The position numbers and the translations under genes are program-made. The notes under the pieces are model-generated. The model was not told the DNA's origin, searched no databases, and saw only the letters and a list, made by a program, of their open reading frames with translations. Of a stretch of DNA of 32,000 nt, positions 6,997-15,970 are shown piece after piece. The stretch is from Candidatus Saccharimonadota bacterium (lineage in GTDB: Bacteria; Bacteroidota; Bacteroidia; Cytophagales; Amoebophilaceae): NCBI RefSeq assembly GCF_003351905.1, contig NZ_CP022339.1, positions 360,001 to 392,000 on the forward strand, read 5' to 3'. Positions within the stretch are counted from its first letter, which is position 1; every line of letters begins with the position of its first letter.

Positions 6997-7440
6997 TCAC
7001 GCTTTTGGTACGGGCGCTTTTTCTTCTAAGTACTTAACTACTTCTAAGTGTTCGTTGGCCCTTGCTAGATCCAAGGGGGTCTGACCTTTTTTGTTTTTCT
7101 TGTGTATATCATCACTATGGGATTCCTCTACTAAATACTTAACTACTTCCAAATATCCCCCCTCTGCGGCTTTATGCAAAGGAATAGTATCATCTGCAGT
7201 TTCCAGATTTGGAGTAGCACCGTATTCGCATAACATTTTTATTACTTCTAAGTGACCTTTACTCGCTGCAACATAAATAGGAGATTGACCATAACGATTT
7301 CTTTGATCTACATGAACACTAATTTCTTTATTTTCTAACAACGTTTTCATCACACTTACATCACCTCCGGATGCTACCAAATGCAAAATGATATTGCCAG
7401 TTGGACCTTTATACGCTGCATCAATCCCTCCACCCTTCAA
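6997..7440 (-). pseudogene. C-terminal ankyrin-repeat portion of a split ankyrin gene (out of frame with 7449..8477)
   Basis: 147-aa ORF with about 4 ANK repeats (GQSPIYVAASKGHLEVIKMLCEYGATPN, TIPLHKAAEGGYLEVVKYLVEE, GQTPLDLARANEHLEVVKYL). It begins only with TTG and has no own signal peptide. Removing one 23-bp repeat unit fuses it in frame to the upstream ORF. Confidence 0.7.
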
Positions 7441-7481
7441 GAGCGCTTCTACAATACCTTCAAGAGCGCTTCTATAATACC
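7436..7481. repeat. 23-bp tandem duplication at the junction of the two ankyrin ORFs
   Basis: TTCAAGAGCGCTTCTACAATACC (7436-7458) is followed directly by TTCAAGAGCGCTTCTATAATACC (7459-7481), with one mismatch. A partial third match (TCCAAGAGCGAGG) follows. Confidence 0.9.
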
Positions 7482-8477
7482 TCCAAGAGCGAGGTCTTGT
7501 GCCACCATCAGAGGTGTTTTATCACTATAATTTTTGATAGTAACATCAACACCTGCCTCTATTAAGCGCTTAGCTGCCTCTTCCTGACTGGCGTATATTG
7601 CTAGATGCAAAGCAGTATTGCCAGATTCATCTGTTTCATTTAGTTTAATTTCAATACCTTCAACGCCTAGAAGAGCGTTTATAATCTCTAAGTTCCCCTG
7701 GTGGGCTGCCCGATGCAAAGCCGTTCTTTGCTCTTTATCTACTGCATTTATATTAATCTTTTTATCATTATCATTTTTACACTTTAGGAGCGCATTGACA
7801 GCAGCTAGATTACCTCCGTAACATGCCACGATGAGAGGCGTCATCTCCAAATCACCTTTTAAATTTACATCAGCCTCTACTGATTTTAAAAGTTCAACTA
7901 CAGATGCTTTGTTATCCCGTGCTGCTACATATAAAGCCGTATTGCCATCTTTATCCTTTGCATCTACATCAACTTTATCTTTATATTTAGGATCTAAAAG
8001 TAATGTTACAACTTCTACATAACCTTTTTGAGCTGCCAAGTATAGAGGTCCTTTGCCTGACTCTGGATCTGGAGTCATAACATCTAACGTTTGACTACCA
8101 GAATAATTTAGTAAAATCGCAGCTATGTCCGGATTTCCAGATGTAAGCGCCAATATAAGTGAAGTGACGTCGCCCCCTGCGTTGTTAATATCAGTCCGCT
8201 CATACCCCAGCAACACCTGAACCGCTGAACAATCATCTTTCTTTATAGCTCGGCCTAGTGCTGTTCTTTGTTTATCTACATGTTTATCTACAACCGAATC
8301 TAAAGGGTTCTCTTGTGCATCCACTCCTTGCTGCGTGTCGAGAGGCTTATCTATAGCCGAGGGTGAAGATTTTTCTTGTGTATCCATGCCTTGCTGTGTA
8401 CGCACACAAGCAAACAAGGTATTGAGGGTTAATAGCATGCGCAATAGGCCTAGGCTATATTTTATATAGGTTTTCAT
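7449..8477 (-). CDS. ankyrin-repeat lipoprotein, N-terminal 342-aa portion terminated by the duplication-induced frameshift
   Basis: Signal peptide with lipobox (MKTYIKYSLGLLRMLLTLNTLFAC), an acidic/Q-rich linker with two imperfect ~19-aa repeats (QQGMDTQEKSS.../QQGVDAQENPL...), then about 7 ANK repeats (e.g. GNTALHLAIYASQEEAAKRLIEAGVDV). Confidence 0.8.
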   Translation of the reverse strand: MKTYIKYSLGLLRMLLTLNTLFACVRTQQGMDTQEKSSPSAIDKPLDTQQGVDAQENPLDSVVDKHVDKQRTALGRAIKKDDCSAVQVLLGYERTDINNAGGDVTSLILALTSGNPDIAAILLNYSGSQTLDVMTPDPESGKGPLYLAAQKGYVEVVTLLLDPKYKDKVDVDAKDKDGNTALYVAARDNKASVVELLKSVEADVNLKGDLEMTPLIVACYGGNLAAVNALLKCKNDNDKKININAVDKEQRTALHRAAHQGNLEIINALLGVEGIEIKLNETDESGNTALHLAIYASQEEAAKRLIEAGVDVTIKNYSDKTPLMVAQDLALGGIIEALLKVL

Positions 8478-8618
8478 AGCATTTGATGTTAAATGGTTAG
8501 GTTATAGTTATCACCAAGTAGCATTACTTCAATAAAAAATTTAGGTATAAGGACCATGGCGCCAACTTGCTAAAGGCACACGTCTACGCCATGATCCGAT
8601 TCAAAAATCTAGATAGCA

Positions 8619-9296
8619 TCAGCATGGTTTATTCACATCTATCTGCTGCTTATCTAGAAAGTCCAGCACTGCTTTCTTTTCTTTGTCCCCTGTTGTCAAT
8701 TTTGATACTCTATTCCACATATTACACCCATCTGCGTCCGTTGCATTAATATGTAGGCCTGCATCAAGCCACTTTTTTATACTTTTTGGTGACCAACCAT
8801 TATCATTAAGATCTTTCACAATCTTATCCGTTATGACATTAGCATGCTCTCCAACCAATGGTGCTAGTGTAGTAGTACTACTACCCCATTGTTCTTCACC
8901 TTTTTCTATCGCATCGGTAATGAATTTTACGGTTGTATCATCTATACTGAATGGCGTAACAGTTGTACTCCCATTAATTGGCGGAAATGGTGTCGAAGTG
9001 TTTAGACCAGTACCATTATTATGGGCCATACCGGTGTTATTGCCAAGTACATAATATAACGTCCCTCCGAAGAAACCAAGTAGTATCACCCCTCCCACCA
9101 CAGATCCCGTCAAACACAATACCGGATGGCGTCTATTTACCCTAACCATACTATCCCATATAGTTCTAGAACAGCTCTTATTATGCCTCCTATTATTGGC
9201 GCCTAGTTCCTGCCTTGTGTTGACACAAGAGGTCAAAGTATTCAAGCTCAATAGTCCAATGAATAGACTTACCCTAGCATTTCTATACGTTTTCAT
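8619..9296 (-). CDS. hypothetical lipoprotein/membrane protein with one C-terminal ankyrin-like repeat
   Basis: N-terminus MKTYRNARVSLFIGLLSLNTLTSC (lipobox LTSC) is paralogous to the start of 7449..8477. There is an internal hydrophobic helix (VLCLTGSVVGGVILLGFFGGTLYYVLG), an S/T/N-rich segment, and a C-terminal GWSPKSIKKWLDAGLHINATDADGCN ANK-like unit. Confidence 0.6.
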   Translation of the reverse strand: MKTYRNARVSLFIGLLSLNTLTSCVNTRQELGANNRRHNKSCSRTIWDSMVRVNRRHPVLCLTGSVVGGVILLGFFGGTLYYVLGNNTGMAHNNGTGLNTSTPFPPINGSTTVTPFSIDDTTVKFITDAIEKGEEQWGSSTTTLAPLVGEHANVITDKIVKDLNDNGWSPKSIKKWLDAGLHINATDADGCNMWNRVSKLTTGDKEKKAVLDFLDKQQIDVNKPC

Positions 9297-9708
9297 AGCA
9301 TTTGATGTTTAATTGTATATACATAATCACTACCAAACAGAATGGCTTTCATGTATAGCTCCCCACGATCTATCCATATGACCCTATCTGTCTATCTGCT
9401 TCAATTGAATCAGGCAAAAAGCCTTAATAAGGGAGCATGGAACTTATCTATTTCATGAATCGCCCTTAACTTATTAAGTACAAAAAAATAAATACAATCG
9501 CAAATAAAAACTATAAAAGGCAGGATGCCGAATTGGACATGGAATCATGGCTTCGCCTTGTCAAGGGTGGTAGGTTTAAGGTAACACGATAACAAAACGT
9601 AGATGATAAATGGAATAGTTAGGGCAGGCTATATGAAAAACAAATACATACTTTTATATTTGAGGTTGTCTTCCTTTATACGCAAAGGGTAAAATAAAGT
9701 TTGTTGGT

Positions 9709-12462
9709 GTGCCTAAGTCTTATTTCCTACGTATCGTTGCTTTAGTACCATTTATATTTAGTGGCGTATCTGCAAAAGCAACTGCATACTTTAATTGTAG
9801 TCCCTATTTTAGTAATGGTTATAGCACTGCGTATAGAAACTGGATACAAGCCAATAACTACTTGCATACAGTCCAACCTTATGCAGCTGATAGACAATCT
9901 AACAGACTGCTTAATTTTTATAACAGCTACCGACTGCTTCCCTTATTAGCTAGTAGCAAACAAAGCGGAGAACACGTTGCAGACATGGTACACTACCAAG
10001 CAGTAGATTCAATTATTTTCGATGCTAAAAAAGACATACTTTCTTTACACGGGGCCAGTACGCTGGCCTATGATAAGATCAAACTCGAAGCAGGTATCGT
10101 AGCCCTACACTTAAAAACCCATACGCTTTGTGCAAAAGGAACCAAGGATCTGCATAACCAAGCGATAGGGAATCCTATCTTTACCTATCAGGATGTAGCC
10201 AAAAACAAATATGGTAAAGAAGGCTCTACCCAAACACGGATCTTTTTTATGGAAAGCATCCGGTATAACATCGAAACCAAACGAGCTTTAGTAGATGGCC
10301 TATTGACCAAACAAGACGAATCTATTGTCAAAGGCAAACAGATCAAAAAAGAAGATGAAACAACATTTTATGGGGAAGATATCATTTATACTACTTGCCC
10401 ACTAGCGCATCCCCATTTTTACATACGTACCAAACGCGCTAAAATAGTACGAGATAAACAAATTACTAGCGGCCCCTTTCGCTTGTACTTTGACCAGGTG
10501 CCTACGCCATTAGGCTCTGTTTTTGGCACCTTATTTCTAGAAGGCAAACGGACATATGGTATAATTCCACCAGAAATAGGGGAAGGCGAACACGGCTTTT
10601 ATCTCCGTCACGGTGGATACTATATCAATTTCAATGATTATGCGGATATTTCTATTTTAGGTAGTATATATTCTAGTGGTATTGCAGAACTTAAAAATAC
10701 GCTACGCTATAAAAAAAGATACCAATACAGCGGCAACCTACATTATACAGGCAATAGAACAGAAAAGGAGAAAGGGTGGTCTGTAAAATGCGAACATACT
10801 ACACTAAAACATGGCCCTACCAGTCTTAATGCAAAGCTTGACCTCCATAACAAATCTTATAAAACATTTGACCATGAAGATAACAAAACCCCAAAAAGCA
10901 TGGAGCAACAATGTGCTGGGAGCTTATCCTACCAGAACAACCTAATCGGCCTCCCCTATGGATTAACTGTACGCGCAGCATTTGCACTCAACCAACTTTC
11001 GAATTTTATACATTGGACCTTACCAAAGGGCACCCTATATAGTACTGCTTGGTATCCGTTTAAAATCATTCGTTCTAAGAGCACCCACCATTGGTTCCAT
11101 ACCATACAGTTAAAACATACTATAGATTTTGAAAACCACTTTCAAAATGCAAAAAAAGACACTAACCCACTTAACATAAACAACAACGCGCAAGCCATTC
11201 TTCCAACCTATCGATGGAATCATTATACAGAACATGGTGTCAAGCATTGCATACCCCTGAGCATGCAATGTAAGTTATTTGAGTTTATTAACTTAGAGCC
11301 GCATCTCATCTATAATGCAGGGTGGTACTGGCTTAAAAAGAAGACGAAAGGACCTATCCGGAAACCAGGGTTTAACCAGGTGCATACTTGGCATTTCGGT
11401 GCAACGCTAGGGACTACGCTATACCATACCCACTATTTTGAAGCAGCAACGTCGATTCAAGGTTTTCGTATTAAAATGGAGCCTAGTATTGACTTTACCT
11501 ATACGCCTGACTTCTCCAAAAAATATTGCCAAGAAGTAGAAAATACAGCAGGGGAAAAAGAAAAAAAGTATGTCTTTGCAGGACTACGACCAGGTCTAGA
11601 TGTATCGAATCGCGCTACATCTATTCTATACTGTAAACTACATAATACAGTGGAGTTAAAGATAAAAAAATCAACCAATCCAGAAAAAAAAGAAAAAAAA
11701 GAAAAAAAAAGAACCAGCCATAAAATCTTTTTGTTAAAAAACTTAGACTTTGAAGCTAAATATGACTTTCAAGCAAAGCAAGATGAATGTCATCTAGTAG
11801 ATGGCATGCATATGCATATAGCTAGCGAGGCAAAAATAGGTGCAATGGGCAAAATTTACTTTGACTTAAAAGCAAATTTTGACCCTTATCTAACTAAAAA
11901 GACCATACTAGATGATGAGCACATCAAAGAAGAACCGATCAATCATTTTGCATGGAACTGCGGTCAGCATTTATGGAAAGTGAAAAAATCCAGCTGCAAG
12001 GTCAGCATAGATCTTGCACACTATGCCCATAAAAAGAAAAAAAAAGAGCTGCTCCAAACGCATGAACAATCGGTCAGCAACATGGCAAACCATAAGATAG
12101 ACTTTGAAGTGCCTTGGAATATTGGCTCGGAGTTGAATGTAGTCTATAACAGACTATATGCATACAAGAAAGGAACAAAAAATTATAGCATAGAAAAATA
12201 TATCTCTCTTAATGGGAGTATCACTTTGGTTAAAAAGTGGAAAATTAATCTGCGTACTACGTATAATTTTAACAAAAATGAATTTGATGCATCTGCCACA
12301 GAAATTTCCATTGAACGAGATTTGCACTGCTGGCAACTTAGCTACCAATGGCATCCACTAGGCAATTCGGCTAAATATGATTTTTCTTTAGGTGTCAAAG
12401 CAAATGTTTTAAAAGTATTGAAACTACCAAGAAAAAGAAGCTATAATAAACTGCATGAATAG
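9709..12462 (+). CDS. lptD: LPS-assembly outer-membrane protein LptD/OstA-like (large Bacteroidota type)
   Basis: 917-aa ORF with signal peptide (MPKSYFLRIVALVPFIFSGVSAKA). It has an OstA-like N-domain (IIFDAKKDILSLHGASTLAYDKIKLEAGIVALHLKTHTL) and a long aromatic-rich beta-barrel-like remainder. The track start is GTG. The assignment is from remembered family features, not a search. Confidence 0.6.
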   Translation: MPKSYFLRIVALVPFIFSGVSAKATAYFNCSPYFSNGYSTAYRNWIQANNYLHTVQPYAADRQSNRLLNFYNSYRLLPLLASSKQSGEHVADMVHYQAVDSIIFDAKKDILSLHGASTLAYDKIKLEAGIVALHLKTHTLCAKGTKDLHNQAIGNPIFTYQDVAKNKYGKEGSTQTRIFFMESIRYNIETKRALVDGLLTKQDESIVKGKQIKKEDETTFYGEDIIYTTCPLAHPHFYIRTKRAKIVRDKQITSGPFRLYFDQVPTPLGSVFGTLFLEGKRTYGIIPPEIGEGEHGFYLRHGGYYINFNDYADISILGSIYSSGIAELKNTLRYKKRYQYSGNLHYTGNRTEKEKGWSVKCEHTTLKHGPTSLNAKLDLHNKSYKTFDHEDNKTPKSMEQQCAGSLSYQNNLIGLPYGLTVRAAFALNQLSNFIHWTLPKGTLYSTAWYPFKIIRSKSTHHWFHTIQLKHTIDFENHFQNAKKDTNPLNINNNAQAILPTYRWNHYTEHGVKHCIPLSMQCKLFEFINLEPHLIYNAGWYWLKKKTKGPIRKPGFNQVHTWHFGATLGTTLYHTHYFEAATSIQGFRIKMEPSIDFTYTPDFSKKYCQEVENTAGEKEKKYVFAGLRPGLDVSNRATSILYCKLHNTVELKIKKSTNPEKKEKKEKKRTSHKIFLLKNLDFEAKYDFQAKQDECHLVDGMHMHIASEAKIGAMGKIYFDLKANFDPYLTKKTILDDEHIKEEPINHFAWNCGQHLWKVKKSSCKVSIDLAHYAHKKKKKELLQTHEQSVSNMANHKIDFEVPWNIGSELNVVYNRLYAYKKGTKNYSIEKYISLNGSITLVKKWKINLRTTYNFNKNEFDASATEISIERDLHCWQLSYQWHPLGNSAKYDFSLGVKANVLKVLKLPRKRSYNKLHE

Positions 12463-12483
12463 AAGACATATATGTCATACCTT

Positions 12484-12861
12484 GCATCTGTTCAACTCAC
12501 TGAGGTTTTGTGTGAAAAGAAGAACGACCCTGTAAAAAAGGTATGTGTTCAGCGCGATGGTTTTTTGCGTTAAAAGAACAACGCCCCTGTAAAAAGTCGC
12601 GGTGCAGCAAGTGGCATTTTACAGATGATTAGGAAAAACAGTTTCCTTTGAAGCCCCCGTAGGGGGCGCTTGCTGTTTTTCCATCTGTAAGATGACACTT
12701 TCAGCGACTTTTTACCGAGGGTTTGATTTTTTATTCCACTTTTTTATCAAGAAAAAAGTGGAATAAAATGCATTATTAACCAGTTTCGTAAATAGGCACC
12801 AATACTGTTCTATTTAACAACCTAACATTTATGCCTTAAATGGACACGATTGGTCAGATAC
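12484..12861 (-). mobile_element. palindromic repeat element, copy B (inverted orientation, with an extra duplicated terminal module)
   Basis: Terminus-like GCATCTGTTCA at 12484-12494 and a second GTATGTGTTCA at 12541-12551; the terminal module is duplicated at 12484-12540. Hairpin arms at 12583-12721 centred on GCCCCC-GTA-GGGGGC (12653-12667). AT hairpin ACTTTTTTATCAAGAAAAAAGT at 12738-12759. The far end is degenerate (TGGTCAGATAC 12851-12861). Confidence 0.7.
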
Positions 12862-12864
12862 CCC

Positions 12865-13323
12865 CTAGGCTCCTTGTTCCTCACTTTTTATGAATGCCAT
12901 AATCTCCTGCTTAATACCCATTAATTCATTATCATTAGCCAATACAATTAACATTTTTAAAAGCCTATTGTAATCCTCCATCAGCTTTAAATATTTTTTA
13001 TTCAACAGCTGAAGCTGAACAAAATATGGATCCCTGGCACTTGTCTCATCTATATATTGACACGTATCTTCTTTAGAGGCATAACCTCTAGGATCAGTAG
13101 CCTCTTCTCTACCATTTTCTCCATATATACCTGGGAAATCATTAGAAAAATCATAATGTATGACCCTACCAATCTCTATAATAAATGCATCCTTTATATC
13201 TGCTTCCTTCAGTCTGGTGTACAGGGTATTACGCGCAATACCTAACTTCTTGGCCAATGCCTTCATTCGAAAACCACTCTTCTTAATGGCTTCTTCGACT
13301 ATTTTTCCTTTATGTTGTTCCAT
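12865..13323 (-). CDS. small helix-turn-helix protein, paralog 1 (uncharacterised family)
   Basis: 152 aa. The N-terminal HTH (KGKIVEEAIKKSGFRMKALAKKLGIARNTLYTRLKEA) and the C-terminal helical region (PYFVQLQLLNKKYLKLMEDYNRLLKMLIVLANDN) are both shared with 13691..14179. Confidence 0.6.
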   Translation of the reverse strand: MEQHKGKIVEEAIKKSGFRMKALAKKLGIARNTLYTRLKEADIKDAFIIEIGRVIHYDFSNDFPGIYGENGREEATDPRGYASKEDTCQYIDETSARDPYFVQLQLLNKKYLKLMEDYNRLLKMLIVLANDNELMGIKQEIMAFIKSEEQGA

Positions 13324-13690
13324 GACTGCAATATAAATGACTACGAATAAAACAAAAAAGAACCATGTTTACTCAAATATGTTTAGATAATTGTTAACGA
13401 TATGCTCATATGTTGTGTAAATATTGTTAAACGTACGAACATGACAAAATTGTAACTTAGTTATATTGGGTGTATTGTGCTGATAAAAATGGAAATACAC
13501 TAAAGGGATAACGCCCATAAGCCATTTAGACCATCGACATCAAAGCCAACGAGCTACTGCCATAAATAGAGCATACGACCGGTTACGGAAATCATGCATA
13601 CTGCTCCTTAGAACAAATATTCGCATGAATAATAGATACTGGATATAGAGCTTTTAGAAGTAGTGTAGACGATAGGCTATATTGCTTTTT

Positions 13691-14179
13691 TTAATATTCT
13701 TTTTCCTCATTTTCTAGGAATTCGATAATGTCTTTTTTAACGCCTACTAATGCATTACTATTGGCTAGAAGCATTAAAATTTTCAAAAGCTTATGATAAT
13801 CCTCCATAAGGCTTACATACTTCCCATTTAAGGTTTGTAATTGAAGAAAATATGGGTTTTTATATTCACTATTATAGTATGGAAGCAGATGCGATGATCT
13901 ACGACCGACAGATTTATCTAGATAAAAACGTTCAGGATGATGTTCAACTTGGGCTGCCACTCTTTTGTATACCTCCGGAAACACCTTAGAAAAATCGTAG
14001 TGTATGATGTTGCTAACATGGATAATAAAAGAATCTTCTAACTCCGCCTCCTTGAGTCTGATATAGAGGGTGTTACGCGCAATACCCAACCCCTTGGCTA
14101 CTGCTTTCATCTGGTAACCTGTTTCTTTAATGGCTTCCTCAATTATCTTGCCCTTATGTTTTTCCGTGAACTGCTCCAT
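13691..14179 (-). CDS. small helix-turn-helix protein, paralog 2 (uncharacterised family)
   Basis: 162 aa. Contains KGKIIEEAIKETGYQMKAVAKGLGIARNTLYIRLKEA ... IHYDFS ... PYFLQLQTLNGKYVSLMEDYHKLLKILMLLANSN. It is roughly half identical to paralog 1 at both ends, with a divergent middle. Confidence 0.6.
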   Translation of the reverse strand: MEQFTEKHKGKIIEEAIKETGYQMKAVAKGLGIARNTLYIRLKEAELEDSFIIHVSNIIHYDFSKVFPEVYKRVAAQVEHHPERFYLDKSVGRRSSHLLPYYNSEYKNPYFLQLQTLNGKYVSLMEDYHKLLKILMLLANSNALVGVKKDIIEFLENEEKEY

Positions 14180-14358
14180 ATATCTAATACATGTAGTTTA
14201 GAAAGATTAAAAAAGTACAATATTAAAGCAAATTTACTAAAATATTATAAATAAAATACAAAAACATACATTAATAGACGCTAATGTAGTTTTACTTCTC
14301 TATTTTAGTCAAAAAAAAGGACAAACTTATACCCCTGGTGCGTTATATATCTTTCGCT

Positions 14359-15885
14359 TCATGGTTTTTTAACCTTTACGAAAAAAGCATACCAGTTGGT
14401 TGCACATAATCCTCTACCCTGCTGAGCCTTAAGCAAAAAGAAGCCACAAAAAGGCAACAATACAAAATTAGACAACCAAACGCCCACAAAAGTGGAAACG
14501 GTACCTGCTATAGCCCAATCTCTTCCAAGTATAGTAAGAATATATTCTAGGAGGATAAAAAAGAAGCTAATACATACAGATATCCCAAATCCACCTCGTC
14601 TAATAATGCAGCCTAAGGGAGCGGCTAGTAAAAAGAAAATGACACACTGCGTAGCTACTGCCAGACGATGCGCGCGCTCATATAACGCCTCACTTAATCC
14701 TTCACTTAGTAGGGCTTTATCATTTTCTTGGGCTATTAGGGTGTCTTTTATTTTGTTTATACGTCTTAAGGCTTCCCGAACCACACGCTTTTGTAAGGTA
14801 TGGCCATAGGGCTGGGTATAAGACGTTGTATTTGTATCAAGTTTTTTTTCTATAAGTTGGTCTCTAAACAATAGAAAGTTAGTATCTTGCGTTGCTGCTG
14901 GCTGAGACGATGCCGATCCTACCGCCTGCTGGTCATCCAACTGCGTACCAGGCGCTGTGGTACAATGGTAGCGCATAGCTTGCTGGGTCACCATACTTTT
15001 GCTATACGCTTCCTGATCGACGATTGCTTGCGCTCTTTCTTCAATCATCTTTTTGAGGTGTGGACGGGTTCTTGTCCTTGGATCATGGATAAATTTAGCA
15101 TTTGTATGCCCAAGCTTAAGGGCGTCTAAACTAATCTTAATTTTTTGAGTGGCAAAATGATTTCTATAAAACGAGGGTTTTTGATCAGGCTGCGCATGGT
15201 TAGCTTTAGGAGGTAAAGGCTCTAGATAATTATGACCATTGGTAAGCTCCATAACCAAATAGGCTTCATCTGGTGTAGTGTAGAGCCTACCTTTCTCCGC
15301 AATGGTTATAACGGCCGTTCCATATTTTTTAGTATAATCATAAACAATAATCCCTTCCATACCTGCCTGATCACCTAGTTTTTTATCTACTCGAATACTA
15401 TAGCCTGGTATGTTGTTACAAAACACACCTTCCTGAATCAACAAAGCAGATTTTTTTTTGCAGATATCACCTACTAAAGCAAAGATTTTATGCTTACTAC
15501 TTGGATAAATGTAATCCTTAAAATAAAAAATAGCAACACTTAAAAAAAGAATGAAAATAAAGGGAAACCGTAGGGTACGCTGCAGCGAAAGCCCTACAGA
15601 ACGCATAGCGGTTAATTCAAAGCTTTCAGAAAAATTACCAAAAACAATAAGGGAGGTTACTAAAGTAGCAATAGGGAAAACATTAGGTAAGGTATTTAAC
15701 GATAAGTAAAATAACAACTTTGTATAAATAGCAATCCCTAAGCCTTTACCTGCCATATCACTAAATAGGGCAAAGAAACTCTGTATGACCATTACAAATA
15801 ATACGAGCGCAAGTAATAGGATAAAAGTTGTTATAAAGGTACGTAATAGTAGTTTATCAATTTTTTTGATAGTGATATGGTTCAT
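14359..15885 (-). CDS. LptF/LptG-family LPS export permease (YjgP/YjgQ)
   Basis: 508 aa. It has three N-terminal TM helices, a large periplasmic beta-jellyroll-like domain (GVFCNNIPGYSIRVDKK...GIIVYDY...) with a Q/T-rich insertion, and three C-terminal TM helices (PLGCIIRRGGFGISV...). This is typical family architecture. Confidence 0.75.
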   Translation of the reverse strand: MNHITIKKIDKLLLRTFITTFILLLALVLFVMVIQSFFALFSDMAGKGLGIAIYTKLLFYLSLNTLPNVFPIATLVTSLIVFGNFSESFELTAMRSVGLSLQRTLRFPFIFILFLSVAIFYFKDYIYPSSKHKIFALVGDICKKKSALLIQEGVFCNNIPGYSIRVDKKLGDQAGMEGIIVYDYTKKYGTAVITIAEKGRLYTTPDEAYLVMELTNGHNYLEPLPPKANHAQPDQKPSFYRNHFATQKIKISLDALKLGHTNAKFIHDPRTRTRPHLKKMIEERAQAIVDQEAYSKSMVTQQAMRYHCTTAPGTQLDDQQAVGSASSQPAATQDTNFLLFRDQLIEKKLDTNTTSYTQPYGHTLQKRVVREALRRINKIKDTLIAQENDKALLSEGLSEALYERAHRLAVATQCVIFFLLAAPLGCIIRRGGFGISVCISFFFILLEYILTILGRDWAIAGTVSTFVGVWLSNFVLLPFCGFFLLKAQQGRGLCATNWYAFFVKVKKP

Positions 15886-15970
15886 TTTTATAAATTTGTG
15901 ACTAACTTTACCCTAAATATAGGTACAATTTAGGTACTACACCTATATGGCTCTACTAAATGCAATGCAT

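Noticed and set aside
15891-15898. TAAATTTG as a Bacteroidota -7 box (TAnnTTTG) promoter for tRNA-Met, with TTTG at 15865-15868 as the -33 element
   Set aside because: The motif matches the consensus, but such AT-rich octamers are frequent here. The 22-nt spacing to the putative -33 element is at the edge of the usual range. It would also imply a 65-nt tRNA leader. The evidence is insufficient.
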